IMG/VR virus record: IMGVR_UViG_3300032304_000757
Reading direction: 5' to 3' (one strand)
DNA length: 64,000 nucleotides
Source of the DNA: an uncultured virus (IMG/VR IMGVR_UViG_3300032304_000757)
Taxonomy: Duplodnaviria > Heunggongvirae > Uroviricota > Caudoviricetes
This document shows, in pieces, positions 28,832 to 38,216 of this stretch (its first letter is position 1; every line of letters starts with the position of its first letter). Below the pieces are notes generated by a model, which was not told the origin of the DNA, did no database searches, and worked only from the letters and a program-made list of their open reading frames with translations. The position numbers were made by a program, and so were the translations under genes.

Positions 28832-30132
28832 AATAAATCCGTTAATTCTGGGAACACATCGATAAAACTTGTTCCACGTTGTTGATCGGTTACAGTTAGG
28901 TAGTCCTGTAATACAGGTAATTTGCTAGACCAATCTTCGGCCATCATATATTTTACTAGTCCTTGCCATCTGTGTATCCCGTATGGATTATTCATAAACT
29001 CTTGATTAGATGATCTACGAGAACAAAAATCTTCTATATGATTTGCTACGATGTTTTTAAAATGTGTAGGCAATACACGAACATTTAAATAGCTGGGTAG
29101 GTAAACTAAATGGGTTCCAACTAACCCTGCTCCGTAGGGCGGAAGATTAATCTTTTTAAAATTCATACTTTCTTTCCAGTATGCTAACTCCGAGATGTTG
29201 AGTACATTTAATAACGATACAGCACACGCAATATTAACTGTTATGTTATCGGGAGTGTCGTCTAATCGTACTAGGTTAGCAACTACATCTTTCCATTTGC
29301 TAGGATACCTTATATAATCGTTTCTAACACCTACAGCATCTACACTAAAATTAAATTTAACTTGTTTAAAATTTTTCCACAGTTCAAATAACTTTTCAGG
29401 TAGCTCAAGACCGTTGCTGTTGTATCTCAAGATACAATCTTTAGATGCCTTTGACTCAACCATAAACTCTAATATTTTATAGTGTTCGGGTATTAGTAAA
29501 GGTTCGCCGCCTGCGAAGTATAGTTCTTTAATGTTGTGTGCCTGTGAACGCATACTTTCTAAAAATACACCTTTCTGATACCACGTATAATCGAAGTCAA
29601 TATCCCATTGCTGATCTTGTTGAAGTTCTATAGTTTTATATTTTGGATATTGAACTTTCCATTCTTTAATCCACGCACTCGAATCATGGGGACTACACAT
29701 GATACATTTAAGTTGACACATATTTCCCAGACGTAAATCAAAGTAAGGAATGTCTACAGGCAAATGACCGTCAACACTGGTCTTTGCTACAATACTATCG
29801 ATGTCAATTCGATCTTTCCAAACAACAGTTTCCCATTGTCTTTTACTAGTAATGCCGTTTATTTCTTCTTGGTAACATTTAGTACAACTATGAGGCTGTT
29901 CATTGTTTAACATCTGAACACGAGTGGCTTTCATTTGTTCAGAGTTCCATACTTCCTCTATTGTATGATTTTTTAAATTCATTACTTGGCCGTTGTGCTT
30001 AATCAATCCAGCATCTTTGGTATCAATAATGTTGGCTCCGCTGGCATTGGCCGTACAACATAGTCGCACATCGCCGTTAGGTCTTGTAGCTAGGTGTATC
30101 CACGGTAATGGACAAAACGACTTACTTAACAA
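28828..30132 (-). CDS. radical SAM protein with N-terminal SPASM/twitch-like domain
   Basis: FCPLPW..LCC..CTKC, CQLKCIMC, AGGEP; start uncertain. Confidence 0.9.
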   Translation of the reverse strand: MLSKSFCPLPWIHLATRPNGDVRLCCTANASGANIIDTKDAGLIKHNGQVMNLKNHTIEEVWNSEQMKATRVQMLNNEQPHSCTKCYQEEINGITSKRQWETVVWKDRIDIDSIVAKTSVDGHLPVDIPYFDLRLGNMCQLKCIMCSPHDSSAWIKEWKVQYPKYKTIELQQDQQWDIDFDYTWYQKGVFLESMRSQAHNIKELYFAGGEPLLIPEHYKILEFMVESKASKDCILRYNSNGLELPEKLFELWKNFKQVKFNFSVDAVGVRNDYIRYPSKWKDVVANLVRLDDTPDNITVNIACAVSLLNVLNISELAYWKESMNFKKINLPPYGAGLVGTHLVYLPSYLNVRVLPTHFKNIVANHIEDFCSRRSSNQEFMNNPYGIHRWQGLVKYMMAEDWSSKLPVLQDYLTVTDQQRGTSFIDVFPELTDLF

Positions 30133-31177
30133 TTTGATCTCTCGGTTTAGCAAAGTCTGTGTTAACTCCGCATGTTCTGGCACAGGTAATCAACTTGTTC
30201 GTGGTCCAATATGTGTCCCATGCTGATTGATATTCATTGCTTTCTATGATATCTTTTACAGACCTAGTAAGTGCGTTGATATTACCTAGACTGTTTACTA
30301 GTTCGTGATGTTGTCGAAGCATCTCTGTTCTAACTTCTAGTGCGTCGTCTGGATTTATATAACTGTAAGGAACACTAGCCAACCAACAGCAAGGCAACAC
30401 TTCACAGTATGCGTCAATATAAATTTCTTTTTCGTGTTTTGATTTACAACTTATAATAGACGTTGAAACTATCTCTTTGTAAGCAGATATAACCGCTTTA
30501 TCAATAAACTTTAAAGGAACATCAGTGGCAGGTTCAATATAGTGTGTTGTATTTCCTTTTCGATCTACAACTTTAACTTGAGGTTCTAAAATAAATCTGC
30601 TGGAATTTTTTAACACAAAGTTATCAAACCCTAAGTCCCCTGCCATTTTTTTAGCTGCTTCTACTTGATGTTCATTATGTTTAAATTTGATGAACACCCA
30701 TTCGGCTATCCCGCCAGCACTGATAAATGCTTTAGCGTTTCCAATGATGTCATCAAACTTTGTTCCTACTCGATATAGGTGATGTGTATCTGCCAACCCA
30801 TCTAAAGCAAACACTACCCGATGTTGCTTAGGCAACGCATGAGCAAGATGGGCCCACCATTCGGTGTTTCTTGCGCCGCCGTTGGTATGGATTGCTACCA
30901 TAGTATTAGGAGCAACCTCTGTACTGTACTGACACATTTCAATTAGGTCGTTGTTTAACATCGGGTCACCAAAGTTTCCACAAAAGTAATAACTATCTAA
31001 CTGATTTAATACCTCGGGAGTCATTATTTGTTTAAATTCATCCAATGACCAATTACGTATTTTAATCAACGGATTGTCTAGACCGCCGTTTATATTCCGA
31101 TTACACATAGGACAACTTGCCTGACAGTTGTTTGATATTTCTAGATGAATGGATTTAAGTTCCGTAAATTTAAACAT
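30122..31177 (-). CDS. radical SAM/SPASM protein
   Basis: CQASCPMC, GNFGDP, C...PCC...CARTC. Confidence 0.92.
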   Translation of the reverse strand: MFKFTELKSIHLEISNNCQASCPMCNRNINGGLDNPLIKIRNWSLDEFKQIMTPEVLNQLDSYYFCGNFGDPMLNNDLIEMCQYSTEVAPNTMVAIHTNGGARNTEWWAHLAHALPKQHRVVFALDGLADTHHLYRVGTKFDDIIGNAKAFISAGGIAEWVFIKFKHNEHQVEAAKKMAGDLGFDNFVLKNSSRFILEPQVKVVDRKGNTTHYIEPATDVPLKFIDKAVISAYKEIVSTSIISCKSKHEKEIYIDAYCEVLPCCWLASVPYSYINPDDALEVRTEMLRQHHELVNSLGNINALTRSVKDIIESNEYQSAWDTYWTTNKLITCARTCGVNTDFAKPRDQIVK

Positions 31178-32162
31178 TGCGTATCTGTTGTTTTGGTATC
31201 TTGCTATCTGCCGAACTAACACAGCTAGGTGTTATACATTGCTTCGGTTCATTGAATAAATTAAACCCGCCGACTATTGTTCCTAATGATTGATCGTGAC
31301 AGCTATAACTTCTTTTTACTTCATCACCTCGTATTATAATACTTTGATATCCCGAATTACAATTCCATCCTTGAAATTTATTAAATCCGTAGGCATTGAA
31401 TCTTTCAGCTTGGTCAAACAGATATTCAGTGTTATCTTGATCGTACAAGGCTATTTGATAGACCGCATCACCTCGAGACTGTTGTGGAAAGCCTGTCTGC
31501 ATCAGATGTATCATTTCTTCAGTGTATCCGTCTACTACATAACTAGCTGTTGGATCACTTTGTGGCTTGAGTGTTACATTGATACCACGCTTGTAAAAAC
31601 GTTCCATGCGTTCATACAGTTCGTAAAACTTTTCTGGCACCATTACTTGATTGATTGTAACGTGTACTAGCTCATATTGTAACTGTAGACACTTGTCTCC
31701 AAATTCCTGCTCCTTAGCAAACTCATCATGGAATGATGCTGTAATACTTCTACGTTGTAACAATGCTGTGTTAGCACACCAAGTGTTCCACCACTTGCTA
31801 CCTGGCGACAAATTTGTAGTCATGTGTATGCTTTGGTATGTGCTTTCTGTTTCGTCTAGGTGTTTTACCAAATCAGTTAACTGTTTGTAAGCAGTTGGTT
31901 CACCGCCACTGAAGCTCCAATGAAATTCGTTGAATCCATTTTGTCGAGCCTGCCGTTTGATTTCATCTATGGTATTGGTATATACTGTTAAAGGCTGATG
32001 ATCTATCTTGTCCGATCTAGCATATGGCCAACAATAGCTACAGTTATAATTACAGAAGCGGCCTAAAATCCAACTTGTTGAAAACAACGGACGATCTAAC
32101 ATAGTTCGTTGTCCGAATTTAATTATTTTTTGAAAAGGGATGTTTTGAAAATTAGTATTCAT
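31170..32162 (-). CDS. radical SAM protein with C-terminal Cys cluster
   Basis: CNYNCSYC, SGGEPT, CNSG...SC...C...CVSSAD. Confidence 0.92.
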   Translation of the reverse strand: MNTNFQNIPFQKIIKFGQRTMLDRPLFSTSWILGRFCNYNCSYCWPYARSDKIDHQPLTVYTNTIDEIKRQARQNGFNEFHWSFSGGEPTAYKQLTDLVKHLDETESTYQSIHMTTNLSPGSKWWNTWCANTALLQRRSITASFHDEFAKEQEFGDKCLQLQYELVHVTINQVMVPEKFYELYERMERFYKRGINVTLKPQSDPTASYVVDGYTEEMIHLMQTGFPQQSRGDAVYQIALYDQDNTEYLFDQAERFNAYGFNKFQGWNCNSGYQSIIIRGDEVKRSYSCHDQSLGTIVGGFNLFNEPKQCITPSCVSSADSKIPKQQIRNV

Positions 32163-32190
32163 AAATTTCTAATATTTAATCATTTAACCA

Positions 32191-32219
32191 TTGCTATCTG
32201 CTAAACTAGAGTATATACT
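32191..32219 (+). promoter_or_regulatory. sigma70-type promoter for the tRNA-like RNA
   Basis: TTGCTA-17 nt-TATACT; the RNA starts 7 nt after the -10. Confidence 0.65.
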
Positions 32220-32225
32220 AATAAC

Positions 32226-32335
32226 GTGGTCGTGAGCAAATTGGCAAAGCTCCCGCCGGACTCACAGTACGGAATGGGGACGGGGCGTAGACGTAGTCGT
32301 AGCCTTTGCAGGTTCGGATCCTGCCGACCACACCA
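32226..32335 (+). tRNA. aberrant 110-nt tRNA-like RNA
   Basis: Acceptor GTGGTCG/CGACCAC plus ACCA, D-arm, T-arm GCAGG-TTCGGAT-CCTGC; expanded anticodon and variable regions. Confidence 0.8.
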
Positions 32336-32377
32336 GATACTATAATAAGTATTCACACATAACAAAAGGAAAACATT

Positions 32378-32575
32378 ATGTCAAACACAGTAGAACAAAT
32401 CAAAGAGCATTTCGATGCGTTTCTAGCAGAAGATGCTAAGTTTACAGGCGGTAACTCAGCAGCAGGCACTCGTGCTCGCAAGGCATTGGCCGAACTTGCT
32501 AAAGCAATCAAAGTTCGCCGAAACGAAATTACAGCAGAGAAAAACGCTCGCAAAGAAGCCAAAGCCAAAGCATAA
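32378..32575 (+). CDS. histone H1-like Hc1-family protein
   Basis: KF..GNSAAGTRARKAL.EL.K..K..R. Confidence 0.85.
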   Translation: MSNTVEQIKEHFDAFLAEDAKFTGGNSAAGTRARKALAELAKAIKVRRNEITAEKNARKEAKAKA

Positions 32576-33078
32576 TGAGCAATCAAGACCCTGAACAACT
32601 AGACCTTGAGTTTGATCCAGATTCGAACATAACAGTGTCGTCTGGTACTGACTGTTATACGATTAGCGTTGATCCGTCAGTGTATTCTACCTATGGTTCA
32701 TCAATTACATCCCCGTGTGTGATATCGTGGAATTCTGGGACTAGTTGTTGGCCGACTGGAGGAGGTAGTATCGGTGGTTTCACCAATTACGCCATCAACC
32801 CTAGTTATACTATCAATAGTACAGTTACTCCAAGTAGTACAATTAAGATCGATAATAACGGTATCCAGATGGAAAAGGGTACTGATATTAAAATTGGAGA
32901 CAGCAGTCTATCTGAAGTGTTGGCGAAACTTGAAGAAAGATTGAATATTCTACATCATAATCAAGAGCTTGAGGATAAATGGGAATCCCTTCGAGTGCTC
33001 GGCGAGCAATACCGAGAATTAGAAAAAGAGTTGATTGAAAAAGAAAAGATGTGGAAAATACTCAAGGATAACTCGTGA
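32575..33078 (+). CDS. hypothetical protein
   Basis: Ser/Thr-rich N-half, coiled-coil C-terminus, coupled starts. Confidence 0.75.
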   Translation: MSNQDPEQLDLEFDPDSNITVSSGTDCYTISVDPSVYSTYGSSITSPCVISWNSGTSCWPTGGGSIGGFTNYAINPSYTINSTVTPSSTIKIDNNGIQMEKGTDIKIGDSSLSEVLAKLEERLNILHHNQELEDKWESLRVLGEQYRELEKELIEKEKMWKILKDNS

Positions 33079-33620
33079 TTAAAGTTTGGGACGATTTAAT
33101 TCCTAAGTATCTTCAAGATTACTTTGAGTTAATTACTCTAGGAGTTAACGGTGAGGAGTTTGTTCATCCCACGGTTGACTTTAGATGTAAGTATGAATCA
33201 ACGGCAGCGGAAGAAGAGTTAACCCACCCTCCGTTGTCGTTTGTTCACATACTAAAATCTAACACACAAGTTTCTAACCATCTAGACAACTTTAGCATGG
33301 TTGCCCAAGCAGCCTGTGCGGATAGTGGTCTAGTGCTTAAAGATGTTGTGATTGCTAGGATATACATCACAGTGCCGTATGAGACAACGCTCACACACTA
33401 CGCACCGCATGTTGATTATCCTGGCAAGCACACAGTGGTCATTTACTACGTTAATGATGCCGATGGCCCAACAGTGTTTTTTGATAAGAACAATAATATT
33501 GTAAAATCTGTAGAACCTAAAAAAGGCAGAGTAGTAATGTTTGATGGTGAAATGCTACACGGGGGAGGAATTCCAAAGAAAGGCCCTCGCTGTATAGTTA
33601 ATTTTGATCTTTGGACTTAA
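33075..33620 (+). CDS. Fe(II)/2OG oxygenase
   Basis: PHVD..IYYVNDADG.T..PKKGR..FDG..HGG..R. Confidence 0.85.
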   Translation: MIKVWDDLIPKYLQDYFELITLGVNGEEFVHPTVDFRCKYESTAAEEELTHPPLSFVHILKSNTQVSNHLDNFSMVAQAACADSGLVLKDVVIARIYITVPYETTLTHYAPHVDYPGKHTVVIYYVNDADGPTVFFDKNNNIVKSVEPKKGRVVMFDGEMLHGGGIPKKGPRCIVNFDLWT

Positions 33621-33631
33621 AGGAGAATAAT

Positions 33632-34327
33632 ATGTTTGGTGTAAATTATACAGGTGGCGGAGTAATGAGTTACCGCAGTGCTAGTGAAATTAATTCAGCA
33701 ATGGGCCGTGTTTACGGACATATGAGCCTTGCTGTCGTTGTGTCAATGTTGGTCAGCTACTTTGTGGGCTCTAGTTCAGAGTTGTTGGCATTCTTTTTTA
33801 CAGGTGTATTAAAGTGGATTGTAATTTTTGCTCCGTTAGCGGCTATCTTTGGCATCGGCTACGTGCTAGGCAATAATCCTAGCAAGGGTGTAGCACAGTT
33901 ATGCCTACATGGGTTTGCGGCATTGATGGGACTAAGTTTTTCCATGATCTTTGCTGTGTTCACTATGGGCAGTATTGTGTCAGCATTTATGGGTGCGGCA
34001 ATCTTGTTTGGTACTATGAGCTTTTACGGTTACTTTACCAAACGTAGTTTGGAGAGCATGGGACAGTTCATGTTTATTGGATTAATTGCTATTGTGATTG
34101 CCAGCATCGTTAACATCTTTATTGGTAGTACTGTTATGGCAACAGTTATTAGTGCGTTAGCGATCATTATCTTCTTGGGTCTTACTGCTTATGATACACA
34201 GCGTATTCGTGAAGCAGTCAGTGTTGACACTGATCCGGCTGTGGAAGTAACTAGTGCTTTGACACTATATATGGACTTTATCAACTTGTTCTTAAACTTG
34301 TTACAGTTGTTCGGCGATCGCAAGTGA
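33632..34327 (+). CDS. Bax inhibitor-1/YccA family membrane protein
   Basis: Multiple TM segments, TAYDTQRI, ALTLYMDFINLF; AGGAG RBS. Confidence 0.93.
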   Translation: MFGVNYTGGGVMSYRSASEINSAMGRVYGHMSLAVVVSMLVSYFVGSSSELLAFFFTGVLKWIVIFAPLAAIFGIGYVLGNNPSKGVAQLCLHGFAALMGLSFSMIFAVFTMGSIVSAFMGAAILFGTMSFYGYFTKRSLESMGQFMFIGLIAIVIASIVNIFIGSTVMATVISALAIIIFLGLTAYDTQRIREAVSVDTDPAVEVTSALTLYMDFINLFLNLLQLFGDRK

Positions 34328-34707
34328 CTAAAGATCTAAATAAGTTTTGTGAAAACTATGAGGTTCGTGTCCTAAACGATTCCAAGCGTAGGGCACGATA
34401 CCACCCTCCCAAGTTCTTTACAGACCCAGAACGTGCCGATCTTATTCGTAATGATATCACAGAGTATGAAACCGAAAAGGTCTACACCGTAGAAATACCC
34501 GAAGGCAGACTACGAACTTTAGTTGAAATGGAACGTAAGTTTTTTAACTATGTAGCACATCACGATAAACCAATCGACATGTTCCAAACACTCATGGATA
34601 AAGAGCGAGAAGAAGCATACCATAGACAAACTAATGCGGCTGTTAAAAAAGCCTATGAGCAGTATTCAATCATGCTTAATCTAGCAGGGTATCAGAGAAA
34701 AATTTAA
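34324..34707 (+). CDS. hypothetical protein
   Basis: GTGA overlap, operonic. Confidence 0.75.
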   Translation: MTKDLNKFCENYEVRVLNDSKRRARYHPPKFFTDPERADLIRNDITEYETEKVYTVEIPEGRLRTLVEMERKFFNYVAHHDKPIDMFQTLMDKEREEAYHRQTNAAVKKAYEQYSIMLNLAGYQRKI

Positions 34708-35060
34708 TGACTACGGATCAGATTGTCTACGCTACAATAGCTTGGGCTGTGCTTACAGGAATCGTTTATTATCATAGTACTTGGACAGCTATTAAAAATT
34801 GCTACGGTATGTGGTTTACTCGAAAATATTGGACAGATTATAATATCGTAGAGGCAGCTAGTTGGTTAACTAAAGCATTGATCATTGTTCCAGGTCTTAT
34901 TTTTGGAATACAAGTTTGGTGGCTTTTCTTTCTAACCCTAGCCACTAGCCTAACATTGATTTGGGCGAGTAACAAAAAACTATTACCTACACTAGTAGGC
35001 TTCAATACACTTTAGGTTTGGATCAGTTGTATGGTCTTAGCTCAAAATCTTATCAAATAA
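34707..35060 (+). pseudogene. small membrane protein with an apparent premature TAG at 35013-35015
   Basis: Hydrophobic frame continues after the TAG as VWISCMVLAQNLIK-TAA. Confidence 0.55.
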
Positions 35061-35067
35061 CAGACTA

Positions 35068-35096
35068 TTGACATGTTTTTTAATTTATTGTATAAT
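35068..35096 (+). promoter_or_regulatory. sigma70-type promoter
   Basis: TTGACA-17 nt-TATAAT. Confidence 0.9.
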
Positions 35097-35123
35097 TAAG
35101 TTGTTCGACACTAAAAGATTAAT

Positions 35124-35939
35124 ATGAGAAATTACTGGACTTGTTCAAAATTTGCTGATTGGATCCGTGGTACCACTAAGATAAAGTGCGGCACTGGAAA
35201 AGAATGGGCAGAATGGGAAAAGGCTGCTAAAGCCCGATATCCAATCCGTTGGTGGATTGCCGAAGAGGGCCTTGACCATATTCAAGATGTATGGTGTTAC
35301 ATTCCCGAAAGGATTAACAATGTTCGATATTACATTAACAACCGCTGGATTACTCGTACTCATGCTCTTACCGCTCATGCCCGTGACATACCGCGTGGCC
35401 AGTGGCAAGACGTGGGGAACCGCTTTTTGCCTTGCCTATTCAATGAGCTGGTTGATTTTGTTGAAATAGAACAAGCATGGCATCACTGTGTTTGGGACAA
35501 TGATGCTCGTAAAAAGCATTCTTACCCATGGTGGCGTAATTGGTATCGCAATTGGCGTTGTCCGGAAGCAGGTATTGCTTACCTCGAATGGGCAAAAACA
35601 CTAACCAACGAAGAGTTTCTTGATGAGGACAAAAAGCATCTTGCTGAGCCTACATATCAGGCCAAAGCTGCTAAGGAAATTCTTGAGCTGTATCATTGGT
35701 GGAAGAATGTTTATCCAAATCGCCCAGACCCCTATGATGTCAGCGGGTGGACTGCTTACTGCGAACTTCGTAGAGCTAACGGATATCACTTGTTAGACAT
35801 GGAAGATAAGTCTCCCGAAGAAGCTAAAATGAGCAAAGACTCGCTTGACGCTCTACACAGTTTGGAAGCACAATACACACAAGAAGACGAGGACATGATG
35901 ATTAGATTGATTAAGATTCGAGAGTCACTATGGACCTAA
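35124..35939 (+). CDS. Trp-rich hypothetical phage protein
   Basis: 271-aa ORF behind a promoter. Confidence 0.8.
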   Translation: MRNYWTCSKFADWIRGTTKIKCGTGKEWAEWEKAAKARYPIRWWIAEEGLDHIQDVWCYIPERINNVRYYINNRWITRTHALTAHARDIPRGQWQDVGNRFLPCLFNELVDFVEIEQAWHHCVWDNDARKKHSYPWWRNWYRNWRCPEAGIAYLEWAKTLTNEEFLDEDKKHLAEPTYQAKAAKEILELYHWWKNVYPNRPDPYDVSGWTAYCELRRANGYHLLDMEDKSPEEAKMSKDSLDALHSLEAQYTQEDEDMMIRLIKIRESLWT

Positions 35940-36115
35940 AAAATCCGTCACCGTTTAGACTTTGGGTTCAGCGACTCTGGTATCAGAACTGCGAAGAACA
36001 TTTGATATTCGGTGAGAAACCTTACAACAGTATTGCTGAATACTGGCAACAATACAAGTGGTGGATTCGCAGAGAATTTAGACATCAACAATCAAAGGAA
36101 CACATTAACAAATGA
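35930..36115 (+). CDS. hypothetical protein
   Basis: Overlaps both neighbours. Confidence 0.7.
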   Translation: MDLKNPSPFRLWVQRLWYQNCEEHLIFGEKPYNSIAEYWQQYKWWIRREFRHQQSKEHINK

Positions 36116-36495
36116 AAGCACAAACACCAGCAGAAGGCATTCTATTACGAAAAGACTATGGTGATTCTAAAGTCTATGAAGTCGTGTGCGAGTGTGGTGA
36201 TTGTGACCACTCACATAATGTTTGGGTTGAAGCAGAAGACTATGGTATCACCGTAACAATATATACCCAGCAAAAAACAAAATGGTGGGAACAGAATAGA
36301 TGGCAAACCATTTGGCGATTGCTTACCAAAGGTTATGTCGAACGAGAATCTACTCTTATAATGAGTGAGCAACAGGCATTAAACTATGCTGAAACTTTAA
36401 AATCTGCGATAAAGGATGTTAAAGAATTTAAAGCAAAGACAGATCCAAAAAATAAAGAAACAACAAAACTAGCAAGAGAAGGAGATTGTGTATGA
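36112..36495 (+). CDS. hypothetical protein with CxC..C.H motif
   Basis: AAGGA RBS, ATGA overlap. Confidence 0.75.
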   Translation: MKAQTPAEGILLRKDYGDSKVYEVVCECGDCDHSHNVWVEAEDYGITVTIYTQQKTKWWEQNRWQTIWRLLTKGYVERESTLIMSEQQALNYAETLKSAIKDVKEFKAKTDPKNKETTKLAREGDCV

Positions 36496-37442
36496 CAACT
36501 AACCCTAAAGGCACATGGCCATTCGCACCAAGCGATGCCCCGGAACCAACTGCCGAAGAATTAGCAGCACAACATCTAGCAGAACAACAAAAACTCATCG
36601 AAGTTTTAAAGTTTACTCCTCGTACCTATACCATACAAATATGGGGTTACGGTGGCGAATACGTTATGGGCACTGTTGATCGTCAAATCTACGATTACTT
36701 TAAACAGCGTAGACTTAGCGTAAGTGACTATGCGTGGGACAGTGACTACGCTGAGGAAAACAACATACCAGAAGATATGGAACCATTTCCGCCAGGTAGC
36801 TGGTACGAATGTGATGACATGGGACACGTGAATGGTGTTGATAGAAATGCTGGAACCCTTCAAGTCTGCGATGAGAATGGCAACACTGTCTACGAGCGTA
36901 GTTTAGAAGATATGGACGGTTGTAGCGATGATAGTCCAGAGATTAGCTGCGGTGACGAAGTATGGATCGATAGTAAAGATCCGGGAACTATAGTATTCGT
37001 TGGAGTCAGTAGTGAAAAAGGTACATTCTTTGAAGGCGAGTTTGAACTTAAACAACCGTTCGATAGTTCAAAGTTATGTATCAGCTACGATGAAATTGAC
37101 GGCAACGAAATTGTCAGTATGGTTTCATATGATGGTGACGATATTGATAATAATGGCGGTAGCACCAATGGTAAAAGTTCTGACTTTGGATTTTATGTTG
37201 CTGGATCACAAAAGGACGGCAAGTGGGAACGTTACAAAGACATGGACGACATCGTCTACGAATTAACTGAATGGTTTCCATCAACAGTTAATCCAGTTCG
37301 TGACGGCAAGTACGAAGCAGAGATTGAAACCGGACACACATATCAAGTACTGTGGACTGGGGACAATTGGGTTAATGAATGGAATAATGAACAAGTGGTA
37401 GTTAAACAATGGCGAGGAATCGCAGAAAATCCTGATGTATGA
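36492..37442 (+). CDS. acidic hypothetical protein
   Basis: GGAG RBS, long ORF. Confidence 0.8.
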   Translation: MTTNPKGTWPFAPSDAPEPTAEELAAQHLAEQQKLIEVLKFTPRTYTIQIWGYGGEYVMGTVDRQIYDYFKQRRLSVSDYAWDSDYAEENNIPEDMEPFPPGSWYECDDMGHVNGVDRNAGTLQVCDENGNTVYERSLEDMDGCSDDSPEISCGDEVWIDSKDPGTIVFVGVSSEKGTFFEGEFELKQPFDSSKLCISYDEIDGNEIVSMVSYDGDDIDNNGGSTNGKSSDFGFYVAGSQKDGKWERYKDMDDIVYELTEWFPSTVNPVRDGKYEAEIETGHTYQVLWTGDNWVNEWNNEQVVVKQWRGIAENPDV

Positions 37443-38026
37443 TCAAAGTATCAAAAAGTCCTAATCGACACAGCTTCCAAAAAGGAGGCTATATCAAACG
37501 TCAAGAAGAAAAGGGCGAACCGGTCAACGAGGATTACCTAGATATGTTTGATAATATCCTCAACGAACACAAGCATAAGTTTGACGATCCCGAAACTCAT
37601 AAAAACAATATGGAGTACAATCTGCTAACTACAGATTGGATCTTAGAAAAAGCTAGAGCAAGCGAATCATATGCTCAAAATCTCTATTCGGCTATGTGTA
37701 ACAACGACTTTATAAAAATGGAAGTTGTTCCAATCCTTAGACAAGATCCGGACAAAGACTATTGGTCAGCTTCCTGGCGCAGTGCCGGCGGTATTGTGGC
37801 AGACATGCGACAAGCAGGTGATTACATTGATTGGTACTGTAGCGGCATTGGCGGTGGCGACGAACCAGATGTCTATGCAGAAGGACACGATTTAAAACGA
37901 AAAGGATATGTGCCCGAAGGGCAGATTACCGACGAGATCCGGAATGATCTCCAACGTCTTGGCTGGGCAATAGTGCCTGGTGGAGATTGGGAAAAATTTG
38001 ATAACTACGGAGGAAAAGTAAAATAA
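37439..38026 (+). CDS. hypothetical protein
   Basis: ATGA overlap, 195 aa. Confidence 0.8.
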   Translation: MIKVSKSPNRHSFQKGGYIKRQEEKGEPVNEDYLDMFDNILNEHKHKFDDPETHKNNMEYNLLTTDWILEKARASESYAQNLYSAMCNNDFIKMEVVPILRQDPDKDYWSASWRSAGGIVADMRQAGDYIDWYCSGIGGGDEPDVYAEGHDLKRKGYVPEGQITDEIRNDLQRLGWAIVPGGDWEKFDNYGGKVK

Positions 38027-38027
38027 A

Positions 38028-38216
38028 ATGACCTGGGAACTCTACGAGGTCTGGACCGAGGACGACATCGGCCATCAAGAATTAATCGAAACAACCAAAA
38101 GCCTTAAAGAAGCTAGGGATATTGCTCAATCTAGTCTAATTGATTATCCAGTTGCTGTGATATATAGAGAAACAGAAGACGGTGATATAGAGGAAATCGA
38201 AAGGTTGACATTATAA
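38028..38216 (+). CDS. small acidic hypothetical protein
   Basis: Directly follows the previous gene. Confidence 0.7.
   Translation: MTWELYEVWTEDDIGHQELIETTKSLKEARDIAQSSLIDYPVAVIYRETEDGDIEEIERLTL

Noticed and set aside
5098..32162. Classical RiPP cluster with a precursor peptide
   Set aside because: No convincing leader/core peptide, peptidase or exporter found; intergenic gaps are mostly too short
32226..32335. Selenocysteine tRNA or tmRNA
   Set aside because: 7-bp acceptor and 5-bp T-stem, TCA not centred in a canonical loop, no G3-U70 pair or tag reading frame
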